Shown here: positions 34,798-47,722 of the stretch, piece after piece
Layout of the letters: each line of letters opens with the position of its first letter
How positions within the stretch are numbered: position 1 is the stretch's first letter
Assembly (NCBI GenBank): GCA_043228905.1
Contig: JBHGNT010000012.1
Coordinates: forward strand, 7,192,001-7,256,000
Direction of reading: 5' to 3'
Length of the DNA stretch: 64,000 nucleotides
Source: Azolla caroliniana
Lineage: Eukaryota; Plantae; Polypodiophyta
Notes under the pieces: model-generated
Seen by the model: only the letters and a program-made list of their open reading frames with translations
Database searches by the model: none
What the model was told of the DNA's origin: nothing
Made by a program: the position numbers and the translations under genes

Positions 34798-35631
34798 TGT
34801 CGGGAACTTGTCGTTCCTTATGCGCAATGCTCGGCCACAACCGAGATTCTTTTCATACACAGAAAACGGGAAATAGAACACGACACAAAGAGGAGAAAGA
34901 TACACAGGAGGTTAACGTGGAAAACCCCAAACTAGGGGAAAAAACCACGGCAGCCCACAGGCTGCAAACTGTCACTATGTATGAATGTACAAAACAGTGA
35001 GTTCACGGAGGCAACAACCTCGGACTCACGATCTTCGCCACAGGCGGCGGTTACAACAGAGGCAACGACCTCTTTCTCTCTCTCTCTCTCTGTACAACGT
35101 TACGCACACTAATCTCGTGTAATACAGAAAAATTGACAACCACACATAAAGTTTGCCCTAAGTCATATTTATACTAATATGACTTTTCGGCTATTTACAA
35201 ATGTAGCCTCGATGGGCTCTTAGAAACATATTTACTAATATGTCTCTTCCTCCGGTTCACACCGGGCCTGCACCATCTGGCTCTTCGTAGCCGGGTACTC
35301 CTCATCCGGTTCACACCGGGCCTGCACCATCCGGCTCTCCGTAGCCGGGTACTCCTCATCCGGTTCACACCGAGTCTGTATCATCTGGCTCTCCATAGCC
35401 AGGTACTCCTCATCCGGTGTTCACTGGGTCTGCATCATCCGGCTCTCCGTGGCCGGGTACTCCTCATCCGGTCTTCATCGGGTCTGCATCATCCGGCTCT
35501 ACGTAGCCAGGTACTCCTCATCCGGTCTTCACCGGGTCTGCATCATCCGGCTCTCCGTGGCCAGGTCCACCTCATACGGTCTTCGGCACTGATCTTCTCC
35601 CTTCCCATCCGGAGGGACCTGTCTCCCAACA
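34798..35631 (-). repeat. Internal family A LTR of a diverged subtype, with 54-bp tandem repeats
   Basis: Starts tgtcgggaacttg (outer LTRs start tgacgggaactca) and ends gtctcccaaca. Confidence 0.85.
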
Positions 35632-37032
35632 GTACTGTCAGTACTTCTAGGACTTGTATAAAAGTGTTCATTGAACACACATATGTATAGAGCATGGTGA
35701 ATAGAGATTGAGTACTGTTGTTGAATATAGTTCTTGTGTTTTCTCTCACTCTCTCTATCTCTCCCGCGTATATTGCGTAAGCTCAAGCTCTCCATTGAAC
35801 CTGAGTTTTCTTCCTCCTGTTCGATCTTCACACTTGCTTCCGCACGTTACTTTTTACATGGTATCAGAGCGCGAGGGTTGAGAACCTCTCTGCAGCCGAC
35901 ACAGCTTGACGAAGAAGAACAAGAAGAATGATGGATAGAGGCATGGTGAGCTCGCTTCCAACAGAGAAGCTCGACAGAACCAACTACGCGTCTCGGTCCT
36001 ACAAGATGCACCAGTACCTGCTCGGGCACGGCTACTGGAGTTATGTCGAAGGAGCTAATGACGCGGCACCCGAATCGACACACAGAGACTTCCCGTCATG
36101 GGAGTGTGTGTGGGCGAACAACTATTGAGCTATGTTCGGGATGCAAAGACGCCGAAGGGTGCGTGGGAAAATCTGAAGAAGATTTTCACCGCGAGCACCA
36201 CAGCCAGGAAGCTTCAGCTCCGACAGGAGTTGAGCAACCTACGACAACGCAACTTGTCGGTGGCGGACTATACCTTGAAGATCAAGGATATCTGCGACCC
36301 CTCGCCTCCATAGAGGTGAACATCGAGGAGAGCGAGATGGTCCAGATCTGTCTCGGAGGTTTGGCGTCGAAGTTCGGAGCGTTCCGAATGGCTGTGTGTA
36401 CCCGGGAGAATACACTGTCCTTTTTTGACTTATAGTCAATGTTCCTGGTAGAGGAGAACCACGCGGGTGCGTCTACAAGTACGCATACCAACAACAGAAT
36501 GCTGTACACGGAGGGAGATAGGCCCCGTGGACGTGGAGGACGAGGCGAGTCGGGGCGCAATGGAGGCGGCCGACGAGATCAAGGAAGAAGGCACCGAAGT
36601 GATGCCGACAGCAACTCCGGACCCTCCGGAAACAGGGGGAGTCGAAGCGATGAGAACCGGCAAGGGAAGGCCATCGCGGAGTGCTAGTACTGTGGCAAGA
36701 AAGGCCACAGGGAAAGTGAGTGCTGGAAGAAGCGCGCCGTTTCGGAGAGAACCGGTTCCGGAAATGGCTCCGGACATACCGACAAGGGAAATCGGCAACG
36801 ATCGCACTACGCCGAAGACTCTGGGAGAGCCGGAGAAGGGTCTGCCTTCGTGACGAGACACGAAGCAAACTCAATGAAATAGACCACCCCGAGATCGGAC
36901 GAGGTGTGGTACGTAGACTCCGGCGCGTCAAACCACATGACGAGCCATAAGGAGTGGTTCTCGTACTTTGAAAAACCGATACAACCTGGAGTAGTCGCAA
37001 CTGGAGACGACACTCCGCATCCGATCGCGAAC
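35632..37032 (+). mobile_element. Fragment of another copia (family C): partial LTR, Met PBS (35859-35870), degenerate gag and protease start
   Basis: ...ttttaca|TGGTATCAGAGC; EKLDRTNY, AWENLKKIF, CxxCGKKGH, WYVDSGASNHMT. Cut abruptly at about 37032. Confidence 0.85.
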
Positions 37033-40000
37033 ATGTACTCCGCCTCCGTGGTTGACAATGCAACCATCTTCTGCAGCCTCGACTGCCACGAGACAGCTCC
37101 CCCTGCATATGTCATTACATACCCGGTTGTAGACCGGCTGGTATCCACATCAGCCGACATGTCCGAATCAGTGAAACCATCAAGTTGAGGTTTTCCGGAG
37201 CTGAATCGGAGACACATATTTGAAGTGCCCTTCAAATACCGGAGTATCCATTTGACCGCGTTCCAGTGCTCCTTACCGGGATTGCTCATAAACCGGCTCA
37301 CCACTCCGACTGCGTATCCTATATCCGGTCGGGTACACACCATTGCGTACATCAGGCTCCCGACGGCAGAGGCATATGGAATCTTCATCATATCCTCCTT
37401 CTCTGCTTTCATCTTCGGGCTTCGCTTACCGGATAACCTACAGTTTGCCGAAAGTGTCGATCCGACCGGTTTTGCATCTGACATGTTGAACCGGTGAAGC
37501 ACCTTTGTCACGTACTTCTCCTGTGACAACCATAATTGCTTCATTGACTGGTCCCGAATAATATGCATGCCCAGCATCTGTCTTGCCGGACCCAAGTCTT
37601 TCATTGAGAAGGTCCGGTTGAGGGTCTTCTTCAGCATACGTATTTTGACTTGGTCCCGTCCGACGATCAACATGTCATCCACGTACAGAAGGAGTATCAG
37701 GAAGTCGCCTCGTTCGAACTTCTTCACAAACACACAGTGATCGGCCTGCGTCTTGTGGTACCCTTGATCGGTCATGAAGGAATCGAACTACCGGTACCAT
37801 TGTCGAGGAGCCTACTTTAGTCCGTATAGGCTCTTCTTCAGCCGGCATACCAGGTGCTCCTTCCCTTTCTCCACAAATCCCTCCGGTTGCTGCATGTAGA
37901 TCTCCTCTTCGAGGTCGTCGTGAAGGAATGTCGTCTTCACGTCTAGCTGTTCTACCTCGAGGTCCACGCTTGCCGCTATACTCAGCACCGTCCGGATGGA
38001 GGTCATCTTTACTACCGGGGCAAATATCTCGTCAAAGTCCACGCCCTTTTTCTGCTGGAACCCCTTTACCACGATCCTGGCTTTGTATATCGGGGGGTTG
38101 CCGACATCTCCCGGTTTCAACTTGTACACCCACTTGTTTCGGAGGGCCCGCTTTCCTTTCGGCAACTCCACGAATTCGTACATATGGTTCTCATGCAGGG
38201 AATCCATCTCATCCTGCATGGCACTTAACCATTTGCGGCTGTGGGTGTCATCCTTCGCTTCTTCGAAGCTTTCCGGCTCCCCCTCATCAGTCAGCAGAAC
38301 ATGCTCTACATCCGGAAATCTCCAGGGCGCCCTTCTCTCTCTGAGAGGATATCTCCGTCTTTGGGCTTCGGTAACCAGCTCCTCCATTTGCTCTTCATCC
38401 GAATCCGATTCGGGGTCTTGGCCGGTTCCGGTTTCAGCTTCCTCTACTTCTTCTTCAGCTTGTTCGGTATCCTCACCGCAACCGGCTGGTCCCTTGAGTG
38501 CTAACCGGTCTCTTGCCGGTTGGATCTGCTCATCGTAGAGTCGATCCTTACCGGTCGACTCGGAGTTCATTATCTTCCTCTCCGACTCCCAGTCGGCGAG
38601 TGTCTTGTCTTCCATGAAGATAATATCTCGACTCCGGAATACCTTCTTGTCGACCAGGTCCCACACTCGGTAGCCGAACTCATCGTCACCGTAACCGAGG
38701 AATATGCATGGCCGGGTCTTTGGATCTAACTTTCCTCTCCGGTCCTTAGCTACATGCACGTACGCGAGACACCCGAAAACCTTCAGATGCCGGTAGGATA
38801 CTTCCTTACCGGTCCATACTCTCTGTGGGCTGTCTCCGTCCAAGGGTACTGAGGGTGATCTATTTATCACATATGTCGTCGTCGACAATGCCTCAGCCCA
38901 AAACTTCTTGGGTAGTTTTGCATGCGCTAGCATACTCCGGACCCTCTCCATTATGGTCCGGTTCATCCTCTCGGCCAGTCCGTTTAGTTCTGGCGTCTTC
39001 AGCACGGTAAATTCGAGCTGGATTCCCTTCGAGCGGCAGTACTCCTCAAACTGCCCCCGGTATTCTCCTCCGTTATCTGCTCGAACCGCCTTCAGCTTCC
39101 GGCCGGTTTCTCTTTACACTCTCGCGTGGAGCTCTTTGAAGACGGATAGCACCTGATCCTTCGTCTTCAACGGTGTGGCCCACAGCTTCTGGCTGTGGTC
39201 ATCTATGAACGTCACGAAGTACTGTGCTCCGGCATGTGACTTCGTGTCTACTTGACACACATCCGTATGCACCAACTCCAGTGGTGCATTACGTCTCATC
39301 GGTGGCCTTGGTCGGAAGGAGGTCCGGTTTTGCTTACCGGCCAGGCAATCAGTGCACTTCTCCAAGTGCACGTTCTTCACTGGAATGAGGTTGTCGTCTG
39401 CAAGCCTCTTCATCCCCTTCTTGCTCATATGACACAGCCTCTTGTGCCACAGCTCACCGGCAGTGTCGGATACCACGTTCACTTCTTCCGAACATAACCG
39501 GGCATTCATCAGGTATAGTGTGTTGACCTTCCGGGCCCGAGCCACAATCAGGCTCCCTTTGCTGAACTTCATGACACCGTTCCGGATGCTACCCGTGTAG
39601 CCTTCATCATCTAGCCGACCGGTTGATACCAGGTTCAGACGAACCTCCGGAACGTGTCGGACATCCTTCAGCTCCAACTTGCATCCGGTTGGTGTTGTCA
39701 GCCACACGTCTCCTATGCCGACAATTCGGCATGTTCCTTCATTCCCCATCCGGACACAGCCTTGATCACCGGCTGAGTAGGATGAGAAGCATTTCCGGTC
39801 CAGGGTAAGGTGGAATGACGCTCCCGAGTCTACCACCCAGGTCATCTCGTCGCCGGCAAGGTTTATCTCACTCTCCTCGGTGATGAGCATCAGCTCTTCT
39901 TCACTTGCCGTGATTGCCGTCGTTCCCTTCCGGTCCATTCCCCTTCGGTCTTTACCGTTTCGGTCCGGTATCCGCTTCGGATCGGTAACGTCGGTTTCCT

Positions 40001-40754
40001 TGTCCTTTCGGAAATGCCGACAGTTCTTCTGGAAGTGTCCCGGCTTGCCGCAATAGAAGCAAGTAGGTCTCCCCCTTGACTTTGACCGTGTCCCCGACTT
40101 CTCCCGGTTCTGGGGACTACGGTTTCTATGTCTTCCGCGTTCCGATTTGGTAAGGAGCGCTTTGGAGTCGGAGCTCGTATCTTTATCTTTCCGACGCGCC
40201 TCCTCATCTAGCAAGCTCGACTTTACTCTTGCTAGGGATAACCGCTTTCCTTCCGGCCCGGCGTTGCCGAAAGTGACAACCAACGTCTCCCAGCTATCCA
40301 GGAGGGAACCGAGCAGGAGTAGCGCTAGTACCTCATCGGCGAGAGGTACTTCCAATGAAGTTGCCTGGTGGATCAGCCCCTAGAAGGCATTCATGTGCTC
40401 CGCCATGCTGGAGCCATCTTGGTATCGGAGTCTTACTAGCTTCCGGAATACCGAAACCTGATTAACAGCATTTTTGTTCTAAAACATAATGCCGATCTTC
40501 TCCCAGAGCTCATGAGCCTTGCTCTCTTCATTGAAGTTGTTGTATAGGCTCATGTCGATGAAGCACCGTATGTATGCCATTTTCTTCATGTGCATCACCT
40601 CCCATATCGCGGCGTCGATTTTGTCCGGTCTCTTGTCCCCGAACTGAACCGACAGCCAGAGGTCTTTAACCACGAGCATGTCCCTCATCTTCGACTTCCA
40701 CACAGAATAGTTGGAGCCGGTGAGCTTGAACATGCCGCCAAACGATTCGTCCAT
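37033..40754 (-). pseudogene. gag-pol: Copia family A gag-pol, copy A2 (stops, frameshift, RNase H truncated)
   Basis: ORFs 40479-40754, 39114-40355, 37812-39005 and 36807-37775 are collinear with A1. PBS at 40770-40781. Confidence 0.9.
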
Positions 40755-40783
40755 ATTCTGTGTCGTTTTGCTCTGATACCACT

Positions 40784-41575
40784 TGACGGGAACTCAAGGA
40801 TCCTTATACGCAACGCTCGGCCACAACCGAGCTTAGAATCACACACAGAAAATGGAAATAATGAATGACACGAAGAAGAGACGAGTATGCAGGATGTTTA
40901 CGTGGAAAACCCAAACTAAGGGGGAAAAACCACAACAGCCAACAGGCTGCAAACTATCACTATGTTAGATTGTACAGCAATGAGTTCACGGAGGCAACGA
41001 CCTCCTGCTCACGATCCTCGCCACAGACGGCGGTTACAACAGAGGCAACGACCTCTTTCTCTCTCTCTCTCTCTGTACACAGTTACGCGCTCTCTCTCTC
41101 CATGCACCAACAAGAAATAACAACTATAGCTAAAAGTTTGCCCTAAGTCATATTTATACTAATATGACTTTTCGGCTATTTACAAATATAGCCTCGATGG
41201 ACTCCCAGAAACATATTTACGAATATGTCTCTTCATCCGGTTCTCACATGGTCTGCACCATCCGGCTCTCCGTAGCCGGGTACTCCTCATCCGGTTCTCA
41301 CCGGGTCTGCACCATCCGGCTCTCCGTAGCCGGGTACTCCTCATCCGGTTCTCACCGAGTCTGCACCATCCGACTCTCCGTAGCCGAGTACTCCTCATCC
41401 GGTTCTCACCGGGCCTGCACCATCTGGCTCTCCGTAGCCGGGTACTCCTCATCCGGTTCTCACCGGGTCTGCACCATCCGGCTCTCCGTAGTCGGGTACT
41501 TGTCATACGGTTTCGGCCTCGGCCTATTGGCATTGTTCTTCTCCCTTCCCATCCGGAGGGACCTGTCTCCCAACA
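40784..41575 (-). repeat. 5' LTR of family A with 54-bp CCGG-rich tandem repeats (about 41230-41510)
   Basis: Unit ccgggtactcctcatccggttctcaccgggtctgcaccatccggctctccgtag; TG...CA ends. Confidence 0.9.
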
Positions 41576-41580
41576 GATCC

Positions 41581-42739
41581 TGTGCGTTAAGGCCGGTGGT
41601 GTTGGCTCCTCGGCCTGTTTCCTCTTTTGTTGCCGTATGGCCGAGGGCTGCTGGCATGTAGGCCGTGGGCTCGGTTGTGGAGAGGTCATTGATGTCCTTG
41701 TTGGTTTCTGGCGTATGGTGACACCCTAAACCCATTCGACACGGGTCGCTGTTAACGCCCGTTGTTTTTGTGTTTTTGGTGGGGGTGGTGCCGAGGCGGA
41801 AGTAGAGTTCCGAACGGCTGAGGGAGGTGGAGAAGGCGAGGGGTCTTCCCATTCTTCCTGGGTTAATGCCAAGATCTTCTCCCATTGTTTCCATGGTGGT
41901 GGTGGAGAGGTCAGGATGCGACGAGGGGAAACCAAAGGACGTGGGTAGAGGACTGTGAGGAAGTGATTGATCACAGGCAACAAACGCTTACCGATTTGGA
42001 AGGATTCGAGCGCCGCACGAACTCCTTCGCCGGTGATGATTCCCCAATCGATTTTGTTGCCTCCATACGCTCGGATGATGATAGCAGCTTTGTTCTGTGG
42101 CATACTCATGGGATTGGTATGCACAAAGGCGTATTCCATCAAGATCCGAGCGATTTCCCCGAAAGCTTTGTTTGGCCCTCTGTAAGTGCGGTAAGCTTTA
42201 CCCGACATCGAATACATCCCAAAATATTCCTTAATGATCGAGTGGGGAGGGATTTCGACCTCATGGTCTCTGCCCCGCGCAACGTCCTGCGCCATGCGAA
42301 TCATGTTGTTGGATACTATGTCAGGGTGTATTCGGCGTGCTATCGCTAGGGCGTCAGGGTGCGTTGGGGTGTCGATGACCCATAAATACTCACCCAATCC
42401 TCGTCGTTGGAGCCAAGAACGGGTTTCTTGTGATGCGTCGAGAGGCATGGTGGATGCGAAGGTTTGCTGGCAGGAGGTGTCGGGGGAAGCGATGAGACGA
42501 GGGCGAGACAGAGAGTTGGGGGATCGTTGTTGGTTTGTGCAAGGGCTACGAGGGCGAGAGGTAGGAGTCCATTTGCAGGGGCGATAAGAACGAGATAGAG
42601 TTGCGGAACTTGAAGATGGTGAAGGCAAGAACGCGTCTGAGTGGGTTGGCGCGTTGTGTGTGGGATAGTTTCTTTTATGAGACTGCCTAGGGTTTTGTGC
42701 AAGGAGAAGATCTTTGAGATTCCTAGTCGTGGCTGCCAT
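41581..42739 (-). pseudogene. N-terminal part of gypsy extra ORF downstream of pol (plant transposon-associated domain-like, then Pro-rich)
   Basis: 337-aa ORF 41726-42739 (WLQRRGLGEYL..IIIRAYGGNKIDWG..LYP) plus a frameshifted continuation cut by the copia insertion at 41580. Confidence 0.55.
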
Positions 42740-42999
42740 AATAAGGTATTATGGCCACGCGTCCCAGGAGTGCTAGTCTGGTGTGCATGTTGCTTAAATA
42801 TTCTATTTTAAAGTGGATATGACTAGTTGGTGCACCTAAAAAAAATCTTGTGGTTTGGGGTGATTAGTTAGGTAATTCTAGGTAATGCTAATTTAACTAC
42901 TAAAAATCATTCCTACTATATACATTTGGTGGGTAGGTCATGATTTTACCGATAGGGACACGTGGCCTCATTCGAGACATCGTCCAGGAGCTGGTCAGT

Positions 43000-45900
43000 G
43001 CCGTCGGTCACGCGAAAGGATTAATTGGGGTCGTCCCGAGGTAAGGTCGAAGGCGGAAGCCATTTGCCCAGCTCTTGACGATGTCTCCGGCAAGTGTGCC
43101 GAGTTGGAATGTGCCATTAAACTCGTCAATTATCCCAAAGGGGCATGTCCATCGGAATCGTAATTTATCCGGCATAGCACCGAGTCATGTTTGGAAGACC
43201 AGCATCGGTTTGCTGATGGTAAGTGCTTTCTCTGTACCCTTTCGGTGTCGATCGACGAAGGCTTTGCGTTGCCATTGGTGTTGCTCCAAGTGAGCCATGC
43301 TGGCCACGCGTTGTTCACCGAGTTTGAGGAGTTGTTCGAGCCGATATTGCTCTGATTGACCCTCGGGTAGCCTTTCCTTAACTTGAACTCGAAGACTCGG
43401 AACTTGGAACTCGATCGACATGACTGCTTCCAAACCAAAGGCCAACCGAAAGGGAACCAAAAGGGTGTAGACTGAATGCTCGTTTTGAATGTGTTGGGAT
43501 ACGCCCATAATGCACTCTAGAGCTTGGCATCCCAATCGGGTCGGTTCTCATTGACGATCTTTTTCAGGATTGTCTGCAAAATTTTATTAGTTGACTCTGC
43601 CAATCCGTTTGCATGTGGGTAGTACGGCGTACTTTTCTTATGTACGACCGCGTAGTGTGTAGTGAGTTCGCAAATTATGTGGTTTAGAAAATGCCCGCCT
43701 TGGTCACTAATGAGCTCGATTGGGCATCCATATCGGCACCATAGATGTTCGTATACAAATTTTGCCATGGTTGCAGCGGTATTGTGCCACAATGCCTTAG
43801 CCTCGACCCATTTTGTGCAATAGTTCGTGGCCACAATGATGTATTTGTTGCCGATGCGGGCCGCGGCTGGTTTAAAAGGTCCTACAAAATCTAACCCCCA
43901 CTTTTGAAATGGCTCTAACGGAAGAATGGGTTGGTGTGGCACCCGGGCTTGCTCGGTTGGTTCTCCCATGCGTTGACATAGATCGCATTGTCGACAGAAT
44001 TCATGAGCATCTTTTTTTGTTGTGGGCCACCACAAGCCACTCTGCCATATTTTTCTTGTCATGGCCTCTCCAGCATAATGTCCCCCCGCGATTCTGTAAT
44101 GTGCCTCCTGGAGGATTGCGGGTTTCTCAATTTCACGGATTGCACAGCGCCAGATGCCATCTGAGCCTTTGTGGTAAAGGGTGTCGAAGACAATACAAAA
44201 ATTTTGGCTCCTGACAGCTAGTCGTTTTCGAGCGTCGAGGATCAAGTGGTCGGGAGGAAGGCCGGTGAAGAGAAAATGGGTCATGTCTGCGATCCATTCA
44301 TCCTCATTTGTGTCTGGAACCATTGGGAGACTAAAAAGGGCGGCGTCGAGCAATTCATCGTATGTGGACACGGCTAGTTCACCTAACTCGAGGCGGCTGG
44401 CTCAGGTAGTCAACTACGGCGTGTTGGACGTCGGGTCGGTGCTGGATCTGAAAATCAAACTCTTGTAACATGAGCATCCATCGGGTCAGGCGACCTATGA
44501 GGGCCTGCTTATTAACCAAGTAGAGGAGGGCAGAGTGGTCGACGTGGAATGTGAAGTTCCGGCCTAAGAGATAATGCCAGAATTTGTTGATGTTGTAAAC
44601 CATACCGAGGGCCTCGCGTTCAGTGGTTGAGTAGTTCTTCTCCACGGTCGAGAGTCGTCGGCAAGCATAATACACTGGTCGGTACCAATTTGGTGGTGTG
44701 CACTGCATGAGCGCGTTGCCGATGGCCATATCTGATGCATCTACGAAGACGTGAAAAGGTTCTGACTAGACCGGTGCCTGTACCACCGGGGCATGGGAGA
44801 GCATTAACTTCAAGGCTTGGTACGCCTCGTCTTCTATTGATGACCACTGAAATGGAAGTCTATGCACCGCCGCGTGTAACGGGGTCACGAAATCGGCCAG
44901 GTGTCGCAACATCCAGCTATGCCATCTAATTTGGCCCAAGAATCTGCTGAGAGCCTTCGCGGTAGAGGCAATTTAGGATGGCCTGCACTTTATCCGGGTC
45001 CATGGAGATACCTTCTTGGCTGACTATGTGCCCGAGCAGGTTGCCGCTTGTCACCAAGAACGCGCATTTTGCCGGATTTAAACTTAAGCGAGCATGTCGG
45101 CATCGTTCGAGACAGAGCCGTAGCTGGGTCATATGCTCCAACCGTTGGCCATACACGGCAAAGTCGTCGAGGAACACTTGCATGAAGGCCGGAATATACT
45201 CGTTGAAAATCTCTGAGATGATGCGTTGGAACGTGGCCAGTGCCATCTTTAATCCGAACATCATTACCTCGGCCACGAAGACACCCCAGTCCGTGACAAA
45301 CGTCGTTTTCTCTTGATCGTCCGAGTGAATTCAGATTTGATTATAGCCACTGAACACATCGAGGAAACTGTAGCATTCATGACCAGCCACCGTGTCGAGG
45401 ACACTATCCGTGAATGGAAGAGGGAACCCATCCGTGACTGTCACAGCATTGAGTTTGCGGTAATCAACGCAAACGCGGATTTTCCCGTTTTTCTTGGGGA
45501 CCACGACGATTGGGCTTAACCATGTGGCTCTTTTTACTGGGCATATAAAGCCTACTCGAAGGAGTTTGTCGATTTCCTCTTTGACCTTAGTTGCGTAGTT
45601 GGGGTTCATACGGTACCGTCGTTGTTGGATCGGCCGAGTGTCCGATAGGAGGTGTACTTGGTGTTGGTAAAATTGGGGATCCAATCCCTTCATATCCCTG
45701 TAAGACCAGGCGAATACATCTTGATATTCCGTGAGCAAGCGTATCAAGGCTTTCCGTTCTTCGGCTGGTAAGTTATTAGCGATTTGAAGTGTCTGCGGGT
45801 TCTCGTCGAAGCCGAGGTTCAGTGACTCGAGCGTCGATGCTTTTACCCGCTGTGAAATTGCGAGTTCTCGTTCGAACGTGTCCCACGCTTGTCGTAGTTC

Positions 45901-47189
45901 CACGATAATGGTGGGCTCGGCGTCGTCCTGGGGAAGGAAATCTGTTGTGCCATCCTCGTCCAATGGTGTGCCAACACCCGAAATGGCGTTTATTTCGAAG
46001 AGAGGTACAATACTGGGGTGATCTTCTAGGAAGTCATCCATGTCTTCGTCGGCTAAGCCTTCGAGCATGTGTACCCCTTCCGCGTATAAGGGCATAGTTT
46101 TGTGAGGCGTGGTTAGGTATTCTTCAGTTATTACTCGTACCTTCGACTTCCCCCGACAGAAGGAGATCATATTCCGTTGCCAACGTTGTTTAATATTTGT
46201 TGTGCGTAGCCAGGGTCGGCCAAGCAGCATTGGGTAAGCGCCTGGAGCTTCGAGGCGTAACACGACTGCCGAGATAGTGAACAGGTGGCCGGCTAATGTG
46301 AAATCAAGGTGGCGGATTAACTCGATGGGGCAAACCGATCGCGTATCGGCCATCTGCAGCCAAAAGGGGCACGGCTCCCATTGGCTTATGCCAAGGGTGT
46401 GACATGTGGCCTTGCTGATGACATTCACACCGGAGCCACCGTCGATAATGCACCCATGAAGGTCGCATCCTTTAATCATGATTTTCATGGCTGGATTCTG
46501 GGAATCCATGAGGGGTGGGCCCGTCCCTGGATTGTCGTTCTGACGTCGATTGTTCCGCGGACCTCGATAAGAGTTTCGTTGCTCATTTCGTGCATACCGC
46601 TGATTGTACCGGTCCTCCTGGTCGTCTCATACCTATCATACTCATCGTTCTCTCTATAGTAGTCGTCGTGGTACTGGTCACGGTCGTCCGATCTCCTGCG
46701 ATTGTCGTGGCGACGGTAGTCGTCGTCTCGGCGGTAGTCGTCACGGCGTTGGCGATCCGGGGATCGGGGTTACTCGTTTGCCCGATGTCGGTATGACTGA
46801 CGTTCATCCTGCCAGGAGTACGTATTGTGCAACTCAATCTGGTGAACTGGAGCCATCATTGTGCGGTTGAGCATGCTGTACTCATATTGTGCGATCGTGT
46901 GAGCTCGGGATTGACATATGGGGCAGTGTGGCCGGTGAGGGCACTCAAGAGCCAGATGGCCTGAGCCTGAGCAGGCCGTGCATTGAAGAGCTTGTTGGAA
47001 ATGATTGTCCTCCTGAGGACGAGAGCTTTGCAAAGAGCCCGTGGAAAAAACCGTCTTTGGCGAGGATTGCAACCGGTGAGCCTCTGATAGTTCCTGGAAC
47101 GATTGGTCAATAACCGCCGAGTCGGAAGTTCCTTTGACTGGCTCAGGGCGTCGGGCAGGTGGTCGAGATTGCGTGATGCGATTGGGCAT
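43000..47189 (-). pseudogene. pol: Gypsy gag (zinc-knuckle remnant) and pol: PR, RT, RNase H, integrase; multiple lesions
   Basis: CTACSGSGHLALEC; IIDGGSGVN; WLSPIVVVPKKNGKIRVCVDYR, FLDD; VDASD, NYSTTERE; HHCC, WGLDFVGP, SDQG, GLAE. Confidence 0.9.
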
Positions 47190-47263
47190 CGTAACGGTGG
47201 CTGGAGTTTGCTTCGAACATAGTTCGTTGTGACCTTACAGTTGTAACCGGGCGTGCCAAATTG

Positions 47264-47722
47264 TGTTAACCATTTCTAGGGAAACACCTTCGATGAGCCC
47301 AAAGGCTATCGGTGTCAAGGGATCGTATTACGTGGGAGCCTCCTCTTCACAGAGGAGAAGAAAAGAAAAGAGAACGAGGAGCGTACACGGGATACAACCC
47401 GTTAGGCATAAACGTAGCTCGATTTACGAGTACGGGGAGAATACGCATAGAAAATATTAGAAAACGAAACTTATATTAAACGATAGAGCTCCCAGTGAGT
47501 ACAGTACTCGGCTCTTCAGCCGGAAAAAGTTAGTGCAAAGCTTGCTGCTAGGATATTACTCTCGCTAAGAATGATCTAGATAAAAATCCCCCCTTGAGGT
47601 ATGCATAACTCGGGTTATATAGTTTTCCCCTTCAGACAGAGTCGAGCCATCGACTGATTGTGAGGGCTAAAACACGGCTATTTCTAGTCTTACCTATTTC
47701 CTCACCTAATCTTCACCTAACA
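47264..47722 (-). repeat. 5' LTR of gypsy element (distal end altered or shortened)
   Basis: Matches 21740-22185 and diverges in the last ~50 bp. Confidence 0.8.

Larger units (their letters stand above)
24503..41575 (-). mobile_element. Composite Ty1/copia insertion (family A): three LTRs, two internal regions and a captured foreign copia fragment
   Basis: 5-bp TSD GATCC at 24498-24502 and 41576-41580. Outer LTRs 24503-30697 (interrupted) and 40784-41575 match each other. Confidence 0.85.
21740..47722 (-). mobile_element. Ty3/gypsy (non-chromovirus-like) element with extra 3' ORF, expanded by a 17-kb nested copia complex
   Basis: LTRs 21740-22234 and 47264-~47722 (tgttaacc...). PBS TGGCACGCCCGG at 47247-47258. 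gag-pol on minus strand. The flanking copia reading frame resumes after it. TSD is not clean because the right LTR end is altered. Confidence 0.8.

Noticed and set aside
36807-37032. Novel C-terminal extension on the copia RT/RNase H ORF 36807-37775
   Set aside because: It is read-through into the antisense strand of the family C fragment at the chimeric junction.
31033-39050. Exact 6000-bp offset between copies A1 and A2 suggesting an assembly duplication
   Set aside because: The copies differ by many substitutions and have different stops and indels, so the round offset is most likely coincidence.
41164-41689. ORFs with 18-aa repeats (also 30392-30734, 51612-51868, 56340-56677)
   Set aside because: Translations of the 54-bp and 50-bp LTR tandem repeats, with no evidence of coding function.
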